DNA of 64,000 bases from Oceanispirochaeta sp. (GTDB taxonomy: Bacteria; Spirochaetota; Spirochaetia; DSM-2461). Position 1 is the first letter of the stretch; the number at the start of each line of letters is the position of its first letter. Both the position numbers and the translations under genes were made by a program. Under the pieces are notes generated by a model that saw only the letters and a list, made by a program, of their open reading frames with translations, was not told the DNA's origin and ran no database searches. This document shows, piece after piece, positions 49,501-59,200 of this stretch. The stretch is from contig CAXXXD010000002.1 in assembly GCA_963663385.2 (NCBI GenBank), forward strand, positions 864,001 to 928,000. Reading direction: 5' to 3'.

Positions 49501-51075
49501 TCAATTACCCAGTTTAACCGGGCAGCGTCCTTCCGCCGGGATTTCTCCCTTTAAAAAGGCAATCAGGCTGTCTACCGCCAGGACTGTATTCTCGTATCCC
49601 AGAACAAGGAAGTCCGCTTCCGGAAAGGAGGCCGCCTCGTAGGGGGAGCGCATAACAGCGATCCCTGTGGGCGTTTCACTTCTGCAAATTTCCTGAATCC
49701 TGTTCACAGCTTTGGGGAAGAAACCGGCATCTGCTGTTACAAGCAGTATTCTGTCGTACTGTTCAGTTCTGACCGGTTCTTTATCCAATATTTCCTCTGT
49801 TTCATCAGCCGGAATAATCCGGAAACAGGATTCGGGGAAGGCCTTTTTCAGACGGAGCATGGGGTTTCCCCCCGATACGGTATTCTCACCGATAAACTGC
49901 TCCGGCCTCTGCATAACAAGAATCAGGGTTTTATCCGAATCGGTCAGTCTGCCTTTATCCAGAAAAGAGTTTTCCCGTATCAGAGTCAGGCTCTTCCGGC
50001 TTATCTGCTCCAGTTCCGGATCGGGGGTGCTGCCGACCCATCCGGGTACCGGAGATATCTCGTTTTCAATACCGGGGAGGAATTTCCGGCGGGCTTCGGC
50101 CAGCCTTGCCAGGGACCGGTCAATCCGTGATTCCCCCAGGCGGCCTTTCATAACCTCATCATAGAGGGCTTTGGCAGCCTTCTCCTGTTCCTCCGGGGTA
50201 TGGGAGACAAAAAGCATATCCGCCCCGGCCTTAAGGGCCATTACTACGGCCTGTTCTGTAGAATAGTATTTTCTGACTCCCTGCATTTCCAGGCAGTCCG
50301 TCAGAACCAGTCCTTTAAATCCCATCTGCTCCCGTAACAGGTTTGTTATAATTCCGGGAGAGAGGGAGGCGGGCACACCGGAGCTGTCCAGGGCGGGTAT
50401 AAGCATATGGGCTATCATAATCGCAGGGACTCCCCGTTCAATTCCTTTGACAAAGGGGTACAGCTCCCGTTCTTTCAGAAGAGGGTAGGGGTGATTGATC
50501 AGAGGGAGGGCCTTATGAGAGTCCGTGGCAGAGTCCCCGTGACCGGGAAAATGCTTGAGTACGGGAATCACTCCTCCTTCTTCATACCCTTCGGCGGCAG
50601 CCAGGGCATAACGGCTTACCTGTTCGGGGGTGTCCCCGTAGCTGCGGGAGCCCACAATCGGATTAGACGGATTGCTGTTGATATCCGCCACCGGGGCCAG
50701 ATTCATATTGAATCCCAGTGAACGGATATGCCGGGCTGTTCCCTCCGCTGCTTTGCGTGCCAGATCCGCCCCGCCCGCTGCGGCGCAGGCCATAGCTCCG
50801 GGGTAGGTATTGAGGTCCCCGTGAAAGCGGCTGACAATCCCTCCCTCCTGATCGATGGTCATATAGGGGTAATCCCCGTTGTTCTGCCTGGTCTCGGCTA
50901 TTATCTCCCGGCTGAGTTCGGCCGTCTGTTCGTATCCCTCGATATTCCGGGCGAAAAAGATCCAGTTCCCTATCTTCAGGTCCCTGTAGAGGAAGCGGGC
51001 ATGTTCGCCGGCCTTTGTTCCTTCAAATCCGCATACCAGGAGGCGGCCTATTTTTTTCTGAAGATCCCTGTTCAT
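49501..51075 (-). CDS. nagZ: GH3 beta-N-acetylhexosaminidase
   Basis: IDQEGG, KHFPGHGDSATDSH and LTDCLEM; has a C-terminal domain; no signal peptide. Confidence 0.92.
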   Translation of the reverse strand: MNRDLQKKIGRLLVCGFEGTKAGEHARFLYRDLKIGNWIFFARNIEGYEQTAELSREIIAETRQNNGDYPYMTIDQEGGIVSRFHGDLNTYPGAMACAAAGGADLARKAAEGTARHIRSLGFNMNLAPVADINSNPSNPIVGSRSYGDTPEQVSRYALAAAEGYEEGGVIPVLKHFPGHGDSATDSHKALPLINHPYPLLKERELYPFVKGIERGVPAIMIAHMLIPALDSSGVPASLSPGIITNLLREQMGFKGLVLTDCLEMQGVRKYYSTEQAVVMALKAGADMLFVSHTPEEQEKAAKALYDEVMKGRLGESRIDRSLARLAEARRKFLPGIENEISPVPGWVGSTPDPELEQISRKSLTLIRENSFLDKGRLTDSDKTLILVMQRPEQFIGENTVSGGNPMLRLKKAFPESCFRIIPADETEEILDKEPVRTEQYDRILLVTADAGFFPKAVNRIQEICRSETPTGIAVMRSPYEAASFPEADFLVLGYENTVLAVDSLIAFLKGEIPAEGRCPVKLGN

Positions 51076-51923
51076 AGCTTATCCCCCATCAGGGCCTGTC
51101 GGGTTTTTTCCAGTATGGCCCGGAAACCCTCCGGGTCTCCCGCTGTTATACGGGAAAAGAGTATATCGATTACCGTCAGCTGGGCAATCCGTGATGTCAT
51201 GGCGGCTTCCCGGATAAGGGACTCATTCATGGGGGTAAAGAGGTTAATGGCACACATTTCTTCCAGCGTATTGGCTCCGTAACGGGTCAGGCTGATGGTA
51301 GACGCCTTGTTCTCATTCGCCTGATGAACGGCCTTGATGACTTCCTTTGTTTCTCCCGAATAGGATATGGCGATGGCCGCGTCCTTGGCCGAGAGGGAGC
51401 AGGCGGATGTTATCTGCATATGGGAGTCAGCGATATACTGGCAGTTCAGGCCGATCCGGCACAGTTTCTGATAGAGGTCCTGAGCCACGATCCCGGAGGC
51501 CCCCAGGCCGTAGATATCGATCCTGTGACTTTTAAGGATACAGTGGGCGGCTTTTTCAACGGATTGGACATCCAGTACGGAGTCAATGCTCCTGAGGGAG
51601 CTTATATGGTTGTTGATAATGGCTGTTTTCAGCTCATCCGGGGGAAGGTCCTTTTTGACGGATTCCCGGCTGCTGCGGTCCTGCTCCCGGCTCAGGTCCA
51701 TGGCAATCCGCAGTTTCAGTTCGTTGTATCCCTTCATGTCAAGGCGTTTGCACAGGCGTACGATTCCCGCCGGGCTGCCTCCGCACTCCGCTGCCAGATC
51801 GGAGATATTCATCTCCATGGTTTTCCGGGGATTCTCCAGTATCCAGGAGGCTATTTTCTGCTCCCCCGACGGCATATTATGGAGGGATTCTTTCAGGATT
51901 ATCAGTCCGCTCTGCAATTTCAT
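51072..51923 (-). CDS. murR: MurR/RpiR-family transcriptional regulator
   Basis: HTH (SPAGIVRLCKRL) plus SIS domain (GLGAS, ISYSGET, SRIAQL). Start set at ATG 51923. Confidence 0.9.
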   Translation of the reverse strand: MKLQSGLIILKESLHNMPSGEQKIASWILENPRKTMEMNISDLAAECGGSPAGIVRLCKRLDMKGYNELKLRIAMDLSREQDRSSRESVKKDLPPDELKTAIINNHISSLRSIDSVLDVQSVEKAAHCILKSHRIDIYGLGASGIVAQDLYQKLCRIGLNCQYIADSHMQITSACSLSAKDAAIAISYSGETKEVIKAVHQANENKASTISLTRYGANTLEEMCAINLFTPMNESLIREAAMTSRIAQLTVIDILFSRITAGDPEGFRAILEKTRQALMGDKL

Positions 51924-52269
51924 AAATGGGCTCTCTTTATATATTTTTCTATCATGTTTCCAACCTGGAATTTCTATTTTAACATTTTTTTTCAAAAACG
52001 TGAAAATAAGTGAAAAAATGTTTTATTAAAAGACCTTGAACCGGTTCATCCCTAAAGCACTGGAAAAAATTATTCATTGATTAAAAAAATATAGTTTATT
52101 TATTAATCAGCTTGTGATATGTTATCGATTGATCATTTATTTAACCCAAGTTTAAAAAACAATTCTATAATTTGCTGATTCCATTGTTTTGTAACCGCAT
52201 GGTTGTTGTTTTTAAGCAGAATCGGATTATATCGGGCTATCGGATAGAGGTGCAGCGTAAGGAGTACTA

Positions 52270-53334
52270 ATGAAATACCTGTTCAGATGGGTTATTGTTC
52301 CAGTTCTGTTATTTTTTCTGGTTTCCTGTTCCATGTTTGATGAGGGATCGGATGATTCTGATGATGAATCAAGTTCGGATGGGGGAACTCTTGAAATCAA
52401 TCTAACGTATCTATCAAAAACACTTCTTTCGTATTCTGATAATGATTTATCAGTGTTAACTGCTAAAGTTGATATTTGTGATTCCGATGGATATTCATTT
52501 TTTACATCAGAAGACTTGGAACTAACAGATACTATAAAAGTTAATGATGTTTATATTGGAACTGATTTAACAGTAGAAGTAAATATCTGTAATTCTTTCG
52601 AAAATAATGGCATATTAGAAAGCGGTTCTCAATCAGGTGTAAATATAATTAGTGATACGCCAACAGTTTTGAATATTTCATGTACACCTAATCCCTCTCA
52701 ATTTATGTTTTGTCGTGATATTGATTCAAATGAAATAGACTGGTATGAAATCGATTTATCTGTTGATAACACATATACGTTTATTCAAAGCAGTCCTAAT
52801 GCTGTAACTTGTATATTTGACGCTGAATATAATTTCATTGATGTAATTGATGGTATAAATTCATATGATTATGCATGTGAAGTTAGTGGAACATACTATA
52901 TTGGGATTTATGCAAATCAAGCTGCTGATAATATCTTGAGAATGGCTGAAAATGTTACTCAACTGGAATTATTTTCCCTAATAGAAGGAGCTGTTTCTTC
53001 AACGAATACTGATATCTGGTATGAATTAAATGTTACTCCCGGGGATACATATCAGATTAAATGGAATGATGTGGATTCATGTATTAATACCGGTACATTT
53101 ACCTTTGATGGAAGTGATAGTTTATATACAGCTGATATTACAGCAACTGCGTTTTCAGAATCATCTGATGATGAATATATCTATGGTTCAGGATGGACAA
53201 TAACGATTCAGGAAGGAGACTCTAAGCTTTTCATGTGTGTTAATTCTAAATACGTAAATGGTAACACAATATATGGATCGTATCAAATTACTGTTGAGCC
53301 ATATAAGGGCAATCTGCATATCGATGTTCAATAA
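52270..53334 (+). CDS. AT-rich acidic lipoprotein with beta-rich/PPC-like modules
   Basis: Lipobox LVSC; acidic linker; DWYEI...GTYYIGI and DIWYEL...GSYQITV modules. Confidence 0.8.
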   Translation: MKYLFRWVIVPVLLFFLVSCSMFDEGSDDSDDESSSDGGTLEINLTYLSKTLLSYSDNDLSVLTAKVDICDSDGYSFFTSEDLELTDTIKVNDVYIGTDLTVEVNICNSFENNGILESGSQSGVNIISDTPTVLNISCTPNPSQFMFCRDIDSNEIDWYEIDLSVDNTYTFIQSSPNAVTCIFDAEYNFIDVIDGINSYDYACEVSGTYYIGIYANQAADNILRMAENVTQLELFSLIEGAVSSTNTDIWYELNVTPGDTYQIKWNDVDSCINTGTFTFDGSDSLYTADITATAFSESSDDEYIYGSGWTITIQEGDSKLFMCVNSKYVNGNTIYGSYQITVEPYKGNLHIDVQ

Positions 53335-53366
53335 TTTTTATCTATTAATTCAGGAGATATTTATAA

Positions 53367-54875
53367 ATGAAGAGAATTAAATTACTGCAAATAATATTGC
53401 TATTAATGGTACTATCATCCTGCTCAATGTTTTTCAGTTCAAATGATGATAATATGAAAAAACACACAAATTCTGATTCTGGTTCAATTACAATTAGTCT
53501 TAGTTATATGTCTCAAGTGCTACAGGATTATTTCGACTCTCAATCCAGAGCATTATTGTATACAAATTCTGCTCTTATCGAGATTCAGGATTCAGATGGG
53601 AATGATATTGTTGATCCGGTAACTGTTAATTTGTCTACAAGCAGTTCATTTGAGAATAATTCTGTAGAAGTCACAACTATCAATGATATTCCCAGTGGAA
53701 CTGACTACACCGTGAAAATTAGTATTTATAACTCGGCAGTAAGTACAACTGAACCTATAGTAACTGGTTCTGCTGATCCTGTTACAATTTTTAATAATAA
53801 TACCACAAATGTCAGTATTGTTTGTTTACCGGAAAATCCAATAACCATTACCGCAGATGATGGACCATGGAATTATGAATTGGCAGCGAATGAAGAGAAA
53901 TGGTACAAAGTCTCTTTTGATCCATTGATCAATTATACTATATCCCAAGCAACAACAGGAATCGGAACATTCCTATATGATTTCCAAGGTAAATATATCG
54001 CATCTATTAACGATGTTACTCCATATACTTTTGAATGTGTTACTACTGCCTATGGTGACTATTATATTGGAGTTACATCAAGTAGCTCAGGAACAAGTAT
54101 ATTGAATATTACATCTTCGATTCCAGAGGTCTATGAAGGAACTATTACAACTCCGAAAATAATTTCAATTGATACTCAACGAATCTTTAGAATTCCGAGA
54201 AGTGATAGCAGTAATGGCAGAAGCTATTATGCGTTTGGGACAACAGAGGCTGGAGAATATTATCTGGATTATTCACTTTATAATTGGGGTGTAATATGGG
54301 GATTAAGTGCAAGCCTTTATTCTGATAGTACATTTTCTAATCAGTTAGATACCAGTTTTCATTATACTACTGGTCTGTATTATGGTTGGTCTTTAGGAAC
54401 TTTAGATGCTTATACTACTTACTATTTAGAGCTAGGGAGTGAATTTAAAAATGCATTTTCTGGAATAATTTCTTCTCCTGCTTATGTCGAATCGCAAGGG
54501 CAAAATGACGGTTCAATTGATTCTCCAGCCATATTAAGTATAAATACAAAAAATAGCTGTACTGTTGGAACATGTAGTTTTGATCGAATCAGTTATTATA
54601 CTTTTACTACCGGTAGTGAAACGAATTATGATATTACTTTAGAAGGAGAAGAATCAATGCTCTACCCTTTTGATGTATCAGGTGGTGTGTATTCAGATTC
54701 TGATTTTACAGATCAGATAACTAATTTTGATATAATAGGTTGTGCTTATGGAAATAAATATACTTTTAAAGAAACTTTAGCAGCTGATACGAAATATTTT
54801 ATCAAAGTTAAAAATGGATTTGAATTCATAACTTCTGATACTGATCAAAAATTCAGCATTCTTATTGAATCTTAG
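53367..54875 (+). CDS. AT-rich lipoprotein, paralogous to the upstream gene, with repeated beta modules
   Basis: Lipobox LSSC; repeated SYY.F.T...YSDS.F..Q...L.A.T.Y modules. Confidence 0.8.
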   Translation: MKRIKLLQIILLLMVLSSCSMFFSSNDDNMKKHTNSDSGSITISLSYMSQVLQDYFDSQSRALLYTNSALIEIQDSDGNDIVDPVTVNLSTSSSFENNSVEVTTINDIPSGTDYTVKISIYNSAVSTTEPIVTGSADPVTIFNNNTTNVSIVCLPENPITITADDGPWNYELAANEEKWYKVSFDPLINYTISQATTGIGTFLYDFQGKYIASINDVTPYTFECVTTAYGDYYIGVTSSSSGTSILNITSSIPEVYEGTITTPKIISIDTQRIFRIPRSDSSNGRSYYAFGTTEAGEYYLDYSLYNWGVIWGLSASLYSDSTFSNQLDTSFHYTTGLYYGWSLGTLDAYTTYYLELGSEFKNAFSGIISSPAYVESQGQNDGSIDSPAILSINTKNSCTVGTCSFDRISYYTFTTGSETNYDITLEGEESMLYPFDVSGGVYSDSDFTDQITNFDIIGCAYGNKYTFKETLAADTKYFIKVKNGFEFITSDTDQKFSILIES

Positions 54876-54921
54876 TTTTTTTGGGGAGAAATAAACTGAT
54901 TTGATTTAAATGTATATATCG

Positions 54922-54949
54922 AGGGCTGGCCGAATGGCCAGTCCTATTT
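54922..54949 (+). terminator. Probable terminator hairpin
   Basis: GGGCTGGCC-GAAT-GGCCAGTCC followed by TATTT. Confidence 0.6.
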
Positions 54950-55054
54950 CATAGAGTCTCTTATCAAAACATATTAATGTTAACTCATATTTCTTAGCAG
55001 AAAGAGGCCGCTCACGAAAATAACATCCATAACCCTGCAGGAATCCTCCTGAGC

Positions 55055-55375
55055 TCAAGAAGTCAGCCTGTAATCCAGAATATGCGGTTCCCTTTCCAGC
55101 AGCTCCAATAATATCTTTGTTGAACCTGTGGGCGTTCGTTTACCCTGCTCCCACTGTCTGACCGAAGACGCGCTCACATTGAGTAATTTGGCAAATACAG
55201 CCTGACTGAGATGTATCGACTCCCGTATTTTCTTAATATCTTCTGCGGAAACATGTACTTCCGGAATGTTAATACCTAACGATTTTAATTCTTTATCCGT
55301 AAATGAAGTAGGAAGTCCCGCATCCATCAGATCCTGAACAGTTTCGGCAATAGAGTCTCTTATCGAATCTCTCAT
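55055..55375 (-). CDS. HigA-like XRE HTH antitoxin
   Basis: IRESIHLSQAVFAKLLNVSASSVRQWEQGKRTP; directly downstream of the toxin. Confidence 0.9.
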   Translation of the reverse strand: MRDSIRDSIAETVQDLMDAGLPTSFTDKELKSLGINIPEVHVSAEDIKKIRESIHLSQAVFAKLLNVSASSVRQWEQGKRTPTGSTKILLELLEREPHILDYRLTS

Positions 55376-55376
55376 A

Positions 55377-55745
55377 CTATTCTCCTATTTCCTGCAAAGC
55401 CTTATTTTTTATAGCTGTTTCCAGTTGGTGCTTATTCAGATTTAATAAATCTTTGCCAATTTTTTTGAAATACTCCAATTCTTTACTGGAGATATTATCC
55501 AGTTCATTTTTTGCAAAGCCATAAATGAAAACAGCTCTATCATTTTCCTTGTAGATAACGATTGTTCTGAAACCACCACTTTTTCCGGATCCTTTTCTGG
55601 CAATCCTGACTTTAAATATATTGGACCCGAGGTTCACCGAGGATAAATCCGATTCAAGATGATTAATGGCATCATTAAGACTATTATCAGCAATATCATT
55701 CTTTTTAGCCCATTTGGTAAACCATTTCGTTTTCAGTTTCTTCAC
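55377..55745 (-). CDS. RelE/HigB-like type II toxin
   Basis: KTKWF.KWA, KVRIA...GKSGGFR and FIYGFAKNE; toxin-first gene order. Confidence 0.9.
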   Translation of the reverse strand: MKKLKTKWFTKWAKKNDIADNSLNDAINHLESDLSSVNLGSNIFKVRIARKGSGKSGGFRTIVIYKENDRAVFIYGFAKNELDNISSKELEYFKKIGKDLLNLNKHQLETAIKNKALQEIGE

Positions 55746-55950
55746 AATTTAAATGTATCACATTGTAGTATAGGTGTCACGGTTTATTATCGTTTGATTT
55801 GATATTTCCATGAATGATCTAATTAAAGAAGCATATACTCTTTTTAAGAGTAAACAGTTCTGATAGGTGGAATGAATCCCTTTTTCATAGAGCTCCTTCC
55901 CCAAAACATGTTAATATTCACTCATATTTCATCACCGAAAGAGGCCGCCC

Positions 55951-57015
55951 ATGAAAATAACATCCATCACCCTGCACGAATCCGCCTTCCCCCTCCAAAA
56001 ACCCTTTGTCACCGCCCTCCGCCGGGTGGATTCCGTCCAGGTATTCCATCTGATTATCGAAACGGACGAGGGGATCTGCGGAACAGGCGCCGCCTCTCCC
56101 ACAGAAGCCATTACGGGAGAAACTGTAAAAACCATTAAAGAGGGAACCGCTATTTTCGACAACCTGCTGAAGGGCCGGGAGCTGGATGATCTGAACGGGC
56201 TTCTGGAAGAGGTCCAGACGGCCGTTCCGGGATATATCGCTGCCAAAGCAGCGGTGGATATGGCCCTGTATGATCTGTTTTCCGGAAAAAGCAATCTGCC
56301 CCTCTGCCGTTTTCTGGGCGGCAGCCCCTCGGGTATCGAAACGGATCTGACCATTTCGCTCCGTGAGAAGAATCAGATGGTCGCCGATGCCCTGGAAGCG
56401 GAAAAACGGGGATTCCACACCCTCAAGATAAAGCTGGGGGATGAGTGGTCCCGGGATGTCGACCGGTTTCAGGGGATTGCGGAAGCTGTTTCCTGCCGGC
56501 TCAGGATTGACGCCAATCAGGGCTGGTCCGTAGAGGATACCCTCCGATTTATGGACAGGCTGGAACGGACCGGCAGGGAGATCGATCTTCTGGAACAGCC
56601 TGTCAAGGCGGATGACCTGAAGGGCATGGCCGCTATCCGGGAGAGGATCAGCTGCCCCCTGGCCGCGGATGAAAGTGTGTTCTCCCCCCGGGACGCTTTG
56701 AGAGTGATCGATGCGGGCGCCGCGGATATTATCAATATCAAGCTGCTGAAATCCGGTGGAATACGGCAGGCCGGGAAAATTGCCGCTCTTATAGATACGG
56801 CTGGGCTGACAGGGATGATCGGCTGTATGATGGAAAGCCCGGTCGGGATTGCCGCCGCCCTCCATTTTGCCGCGGCAAACCCTGTTATCCGCTATTACGA
56901 TCTGGATGTCCCTCTTCTGCTGAAGGAGATTCCGGAAGGGTACGGTTTAAGCTGTTCCGGCATCCGTATCGCTCCCCGGGATTACCCGGGACTGGGCGAA
57001 TGTGCTCTGGCATGA
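55951..57015 (+). CDS. Dipeptide epimerase (L-Ala-D/L-Glu epimerase-like, enolase superfamily)
   Basis: KIK, DANQGW, EQP, ADES, NIKLLK, GCMMES and DLD. Confidence 0.88.
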   Translation: MKITSITLHESAFPLQKPFVTALRRVDSVQVFHLIIETDEGICGTGAASPTEAITGETVKTIKEGTAIFDNLLKGRELDDLNGLLEEVQTAVPGYIAAKAAVDMALYDLFSGKSNLPLCRFLGGSPSGIETDLTISLREKNQMVADALEAEKRGFHTLKIKLGDEWSRDVDRFQGIAEAVSCRLRIDANQGWSVEDTLRFMDRLERTGREIDLLEQPVKADDLKGMAAIRERISCPLAADESVFSPRDALRVIDAGAADIINIKLLKSGGIRQAGKIAALIDTAGLTGMIGCMMESPVGIAAALHFAAANPVIRYYDLDVPLLLKEIPEGYGLSCSGIRIAPRDYPGLGECALA

Positions 57016-57070
57016 TAGATTCTAGGGCAATAAAATAAAACTATTCTATGGATAGAGGAGATAAACCCTC

Positions 57071-57937
57071 ATGTATACGGATTTACAGAATGAAAGCCTG
57101 AGTGTCAGGATTTATACCAACGGGGCGGAGATGAAAAGCCTGAAACTGGAGGGAAAAGAGTACCTCTGGCAGGGAGATCCCGCCTCCTGGAACGGCAGTT
57201 CCCCCCACCTTTTTCCCGTAATCGGCCAGACCCCGGAAAAAGGCTGGCAGTGGAAGGGCCGGGAACTGAAAATGGGGAACCACGGTTTTGCCCGGAGCAG
57301 CGACTTTGAAGTGATGAAAAAGGATGAGACCGAAGCGTCTTTCCGTCTGAGGGACACTGTCGAAACACGGGAAGTCTATCCTTTCAGGTTTCTGCTGGAC
57401 ATCAGCTATAAGCTCAAAGGGAATTCCCTGATTGTCGATTACCATGTGGAAAATCCGGGGGACGAAGACCTCCTTTTTTCTCTGGGGGCTCATCCCGGAT
57501 TCCTCTGTCCCCTTGAAGAGGGCCTGAAGTTTTCCGACTACTACCTGCAGTTCAGCGAAAAGGAAACGGCTGACCGCAGGCTCAAGGATGATTATCTGAC
57601 AGGCGAGAGAACCCCGGCTTTGAAGGATCAGGACCGCCTGGATCTGGATTACTCCCTTTTTGACCGCTGCGCCCTGATCTTCTCGGACCTTAAATCCGAC
57701 TCGATTGAACTGAAGAGCGATAAATCCGACCGTTCTGTCAGGATGGATTTCAAGGGGTTTCCCGATTTCGGGATCTGGACTATCTCCGGTAAAGAGGCTC
57801 CCTATATCTGCCTGGAACCCTGGTACGGTGTCGATTCCACACTGGGCGATTCATCGGATTTTGAAAAGAAAGAGGGGCTGATCCGCCTGAACGGGGGCGG
57901 GGAGTTTAACTGTTTTTATACTGTTACACTGAAATAG
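57071..57937 (+). CDS. Aldose 1-epimerase family (LacX-like)
   Basis: EYLWQGD, LFP, HGFAR, GAHPGF and CLEPW. Confidence 0.9.
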   Translation: MYTDLQNESLSVRIYTNGAEMKSLKLEGKEYLWQGDPASWNGSSPHLFPVIGQTPEKGWQWKGRELKMGNHGFARSSDFEVMKKDETEASFRLRDTVETREVYPFRFLLDISYKLKGNSLIVDYHVENPGDEDLLFSLGAHPGFLCPLEEGLKFSDYYLQFSEKETADRRLKDDYLTGERTPALKDQDRLDLDYSLFDRCALIFSDLKSDSIELKSDKSDRSVRMDFKGFPDFGIWTISGKEAPYICLEPWYGVDSTLGDSSDFEKKEGLIRLNGGGEFNCFYTVTLK

Positions 57938-57946
57938 GACGTTGCC

Positions 57947-59107
57947 ATGCCATCATTCCAGAATGCTTTATATTCTCTGTTTCCCGAATCAGAGGGGGCC
58001 GAGTGGGCGCCCTCTCCGGAGCTGCTGAAAGGGTATGACCGGGAGGGGATCGACTTCTCGCCTTTCCTGGATGCCGGTGCTGTACGGGAAAATGCCCTAT
58101 GGGCGGAGCTCCCCCCGGATTGGGAGGAAGATATTTTAAGAGCTTCCGGACTGATCCTCCGGAATGCTTCCCTTTTGAAAGTATTCTCTCTGGTTTCCCA
58201 GCTTCTGATTCATGAAAGGACGGGGTATAAGGGCGCACAGCTGAAACACTGGCCGGATCCGGAACAGGACATGGGGGAGGATGCGCCTCTCTTTTATCTT
58301 CTTGTTACCCTGAACTGTATCCCCTTTGTGCGGGAACTTCACCGCAGGATGGGGATTCCCGAAGATATCACCCGTGACACCTGTGCCGGGATTGGCACCA
58401 AATGCCTGGATTACTTCTTTTTTCACGGGAAGCCGGGTGTTGTCAAATGGGCTGTCTACTGGTTCAAACACCATCTGGACGGTGAGCTCTTCCGGGTGGG
58501 GCGTCTGGAATATATGATAAAGAAACTGCAGAAGGACATACGCGTCTACCGGAACCCCGCAGGCAAAACAGCTTTGACCATGGAAGAACCGGGAAGCGGA
58601 AAGGCTATACTTGTCAGGCCTGACGGTTCCTGCACGGAAAATACTCTTCCGACTGATTCGGAGTGGACGAGCTGCCTCAGCGGAGAGGATTACGTGCTGG
58701 ATATCCATATTCCCGGCGGAGGAAAGCTGGATCTGGCTGCAGTAAAGGATTCCATGGTCAGGGCGGTGGATTTTTTCGACCGGTTCTTTCCTGAGAAAAA
58801 GACCAGGGGCTTCGAGTGTATTTCCTGGATCTTCAGCCGGGATCTGGAGGCCGTGTTCAAACCGGAGGCCAATCTGATAAGGTTCCGGGATCAGGTCTAC
58901 CTTTTTCCCGTGGAAACGGAGAAGGTGGACGGCTACTACTTTCTGTTTGGTACCTTCTCAAAGAACCCCGATGACTGGCCGGAAAAAACAAGTCTCCAGC
59001 GGAATCTGAAAGCCCATATTCTGAATGACGGTTCCTTTCGTCTGTCCGGTATGGTGTATCTGCGGGATGATCTGGAGAGGTTCGGAGATTTTCCTTACAG
59101 GGGCTGA
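57947..59107 (+). CDS. Putative acyltransferase-domain protein (DUF5596/DUF5597-like)
   Basis: FRVGRLEY, LDIHIP.GG and C.SWIF motifs. Confidence 0.7.
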   Translation: MPSFQNALYSLFPESEGAEWAPSPELLKGYDREGIDFSPFLDAGAVRENALWAELPPDWEEDILRASGLILRNASLLKVFSLVSQLLIHERTGYKGAQLKHWPDPEQDMGEDAPLFYLLVTLNCIPFVRELHRRMGIPEDITRDTCAGIGTKCLDYFFFHGKPGVVKWAVYWFKHHLDGELFRVGRLEYMIKKLQKDIRVYRNPAGKTALTMEEPGSGKAILVRPDGSCTENTLPTDSEWTSCLSGEDYVLDIHIPGGGKLDLAAVKDSMVRAVDFFDRFFPEKKTRGFECISWIFSRDLEAVFKPEANLIRFRDQVYLFPVETEKVDGYYFLFGTFSKNPDDWPEKTSLQRNLKAHILNDGSFRLSGMVYLRDDLERFGDFPYRG

Positions 59108-59200
59108 TAATAGTATAATCCGGGTGTAGGGCCTTAATTGCTGAATAATAACGAAAAGATTATTTTTGAAATACCGGACTGAATTCCTTATAATATTTTT

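Noticed and set aside
52030..55800. Integrative element or prophage call for the AT-rich islet
   Set aside because: No integrase, transposase, att-like direct repeats or phage genes were seen.
55918..56865. 315-aa minus-strand ORF
   Set aside because: It is antisense to the well-supported dipeptide epimerase.
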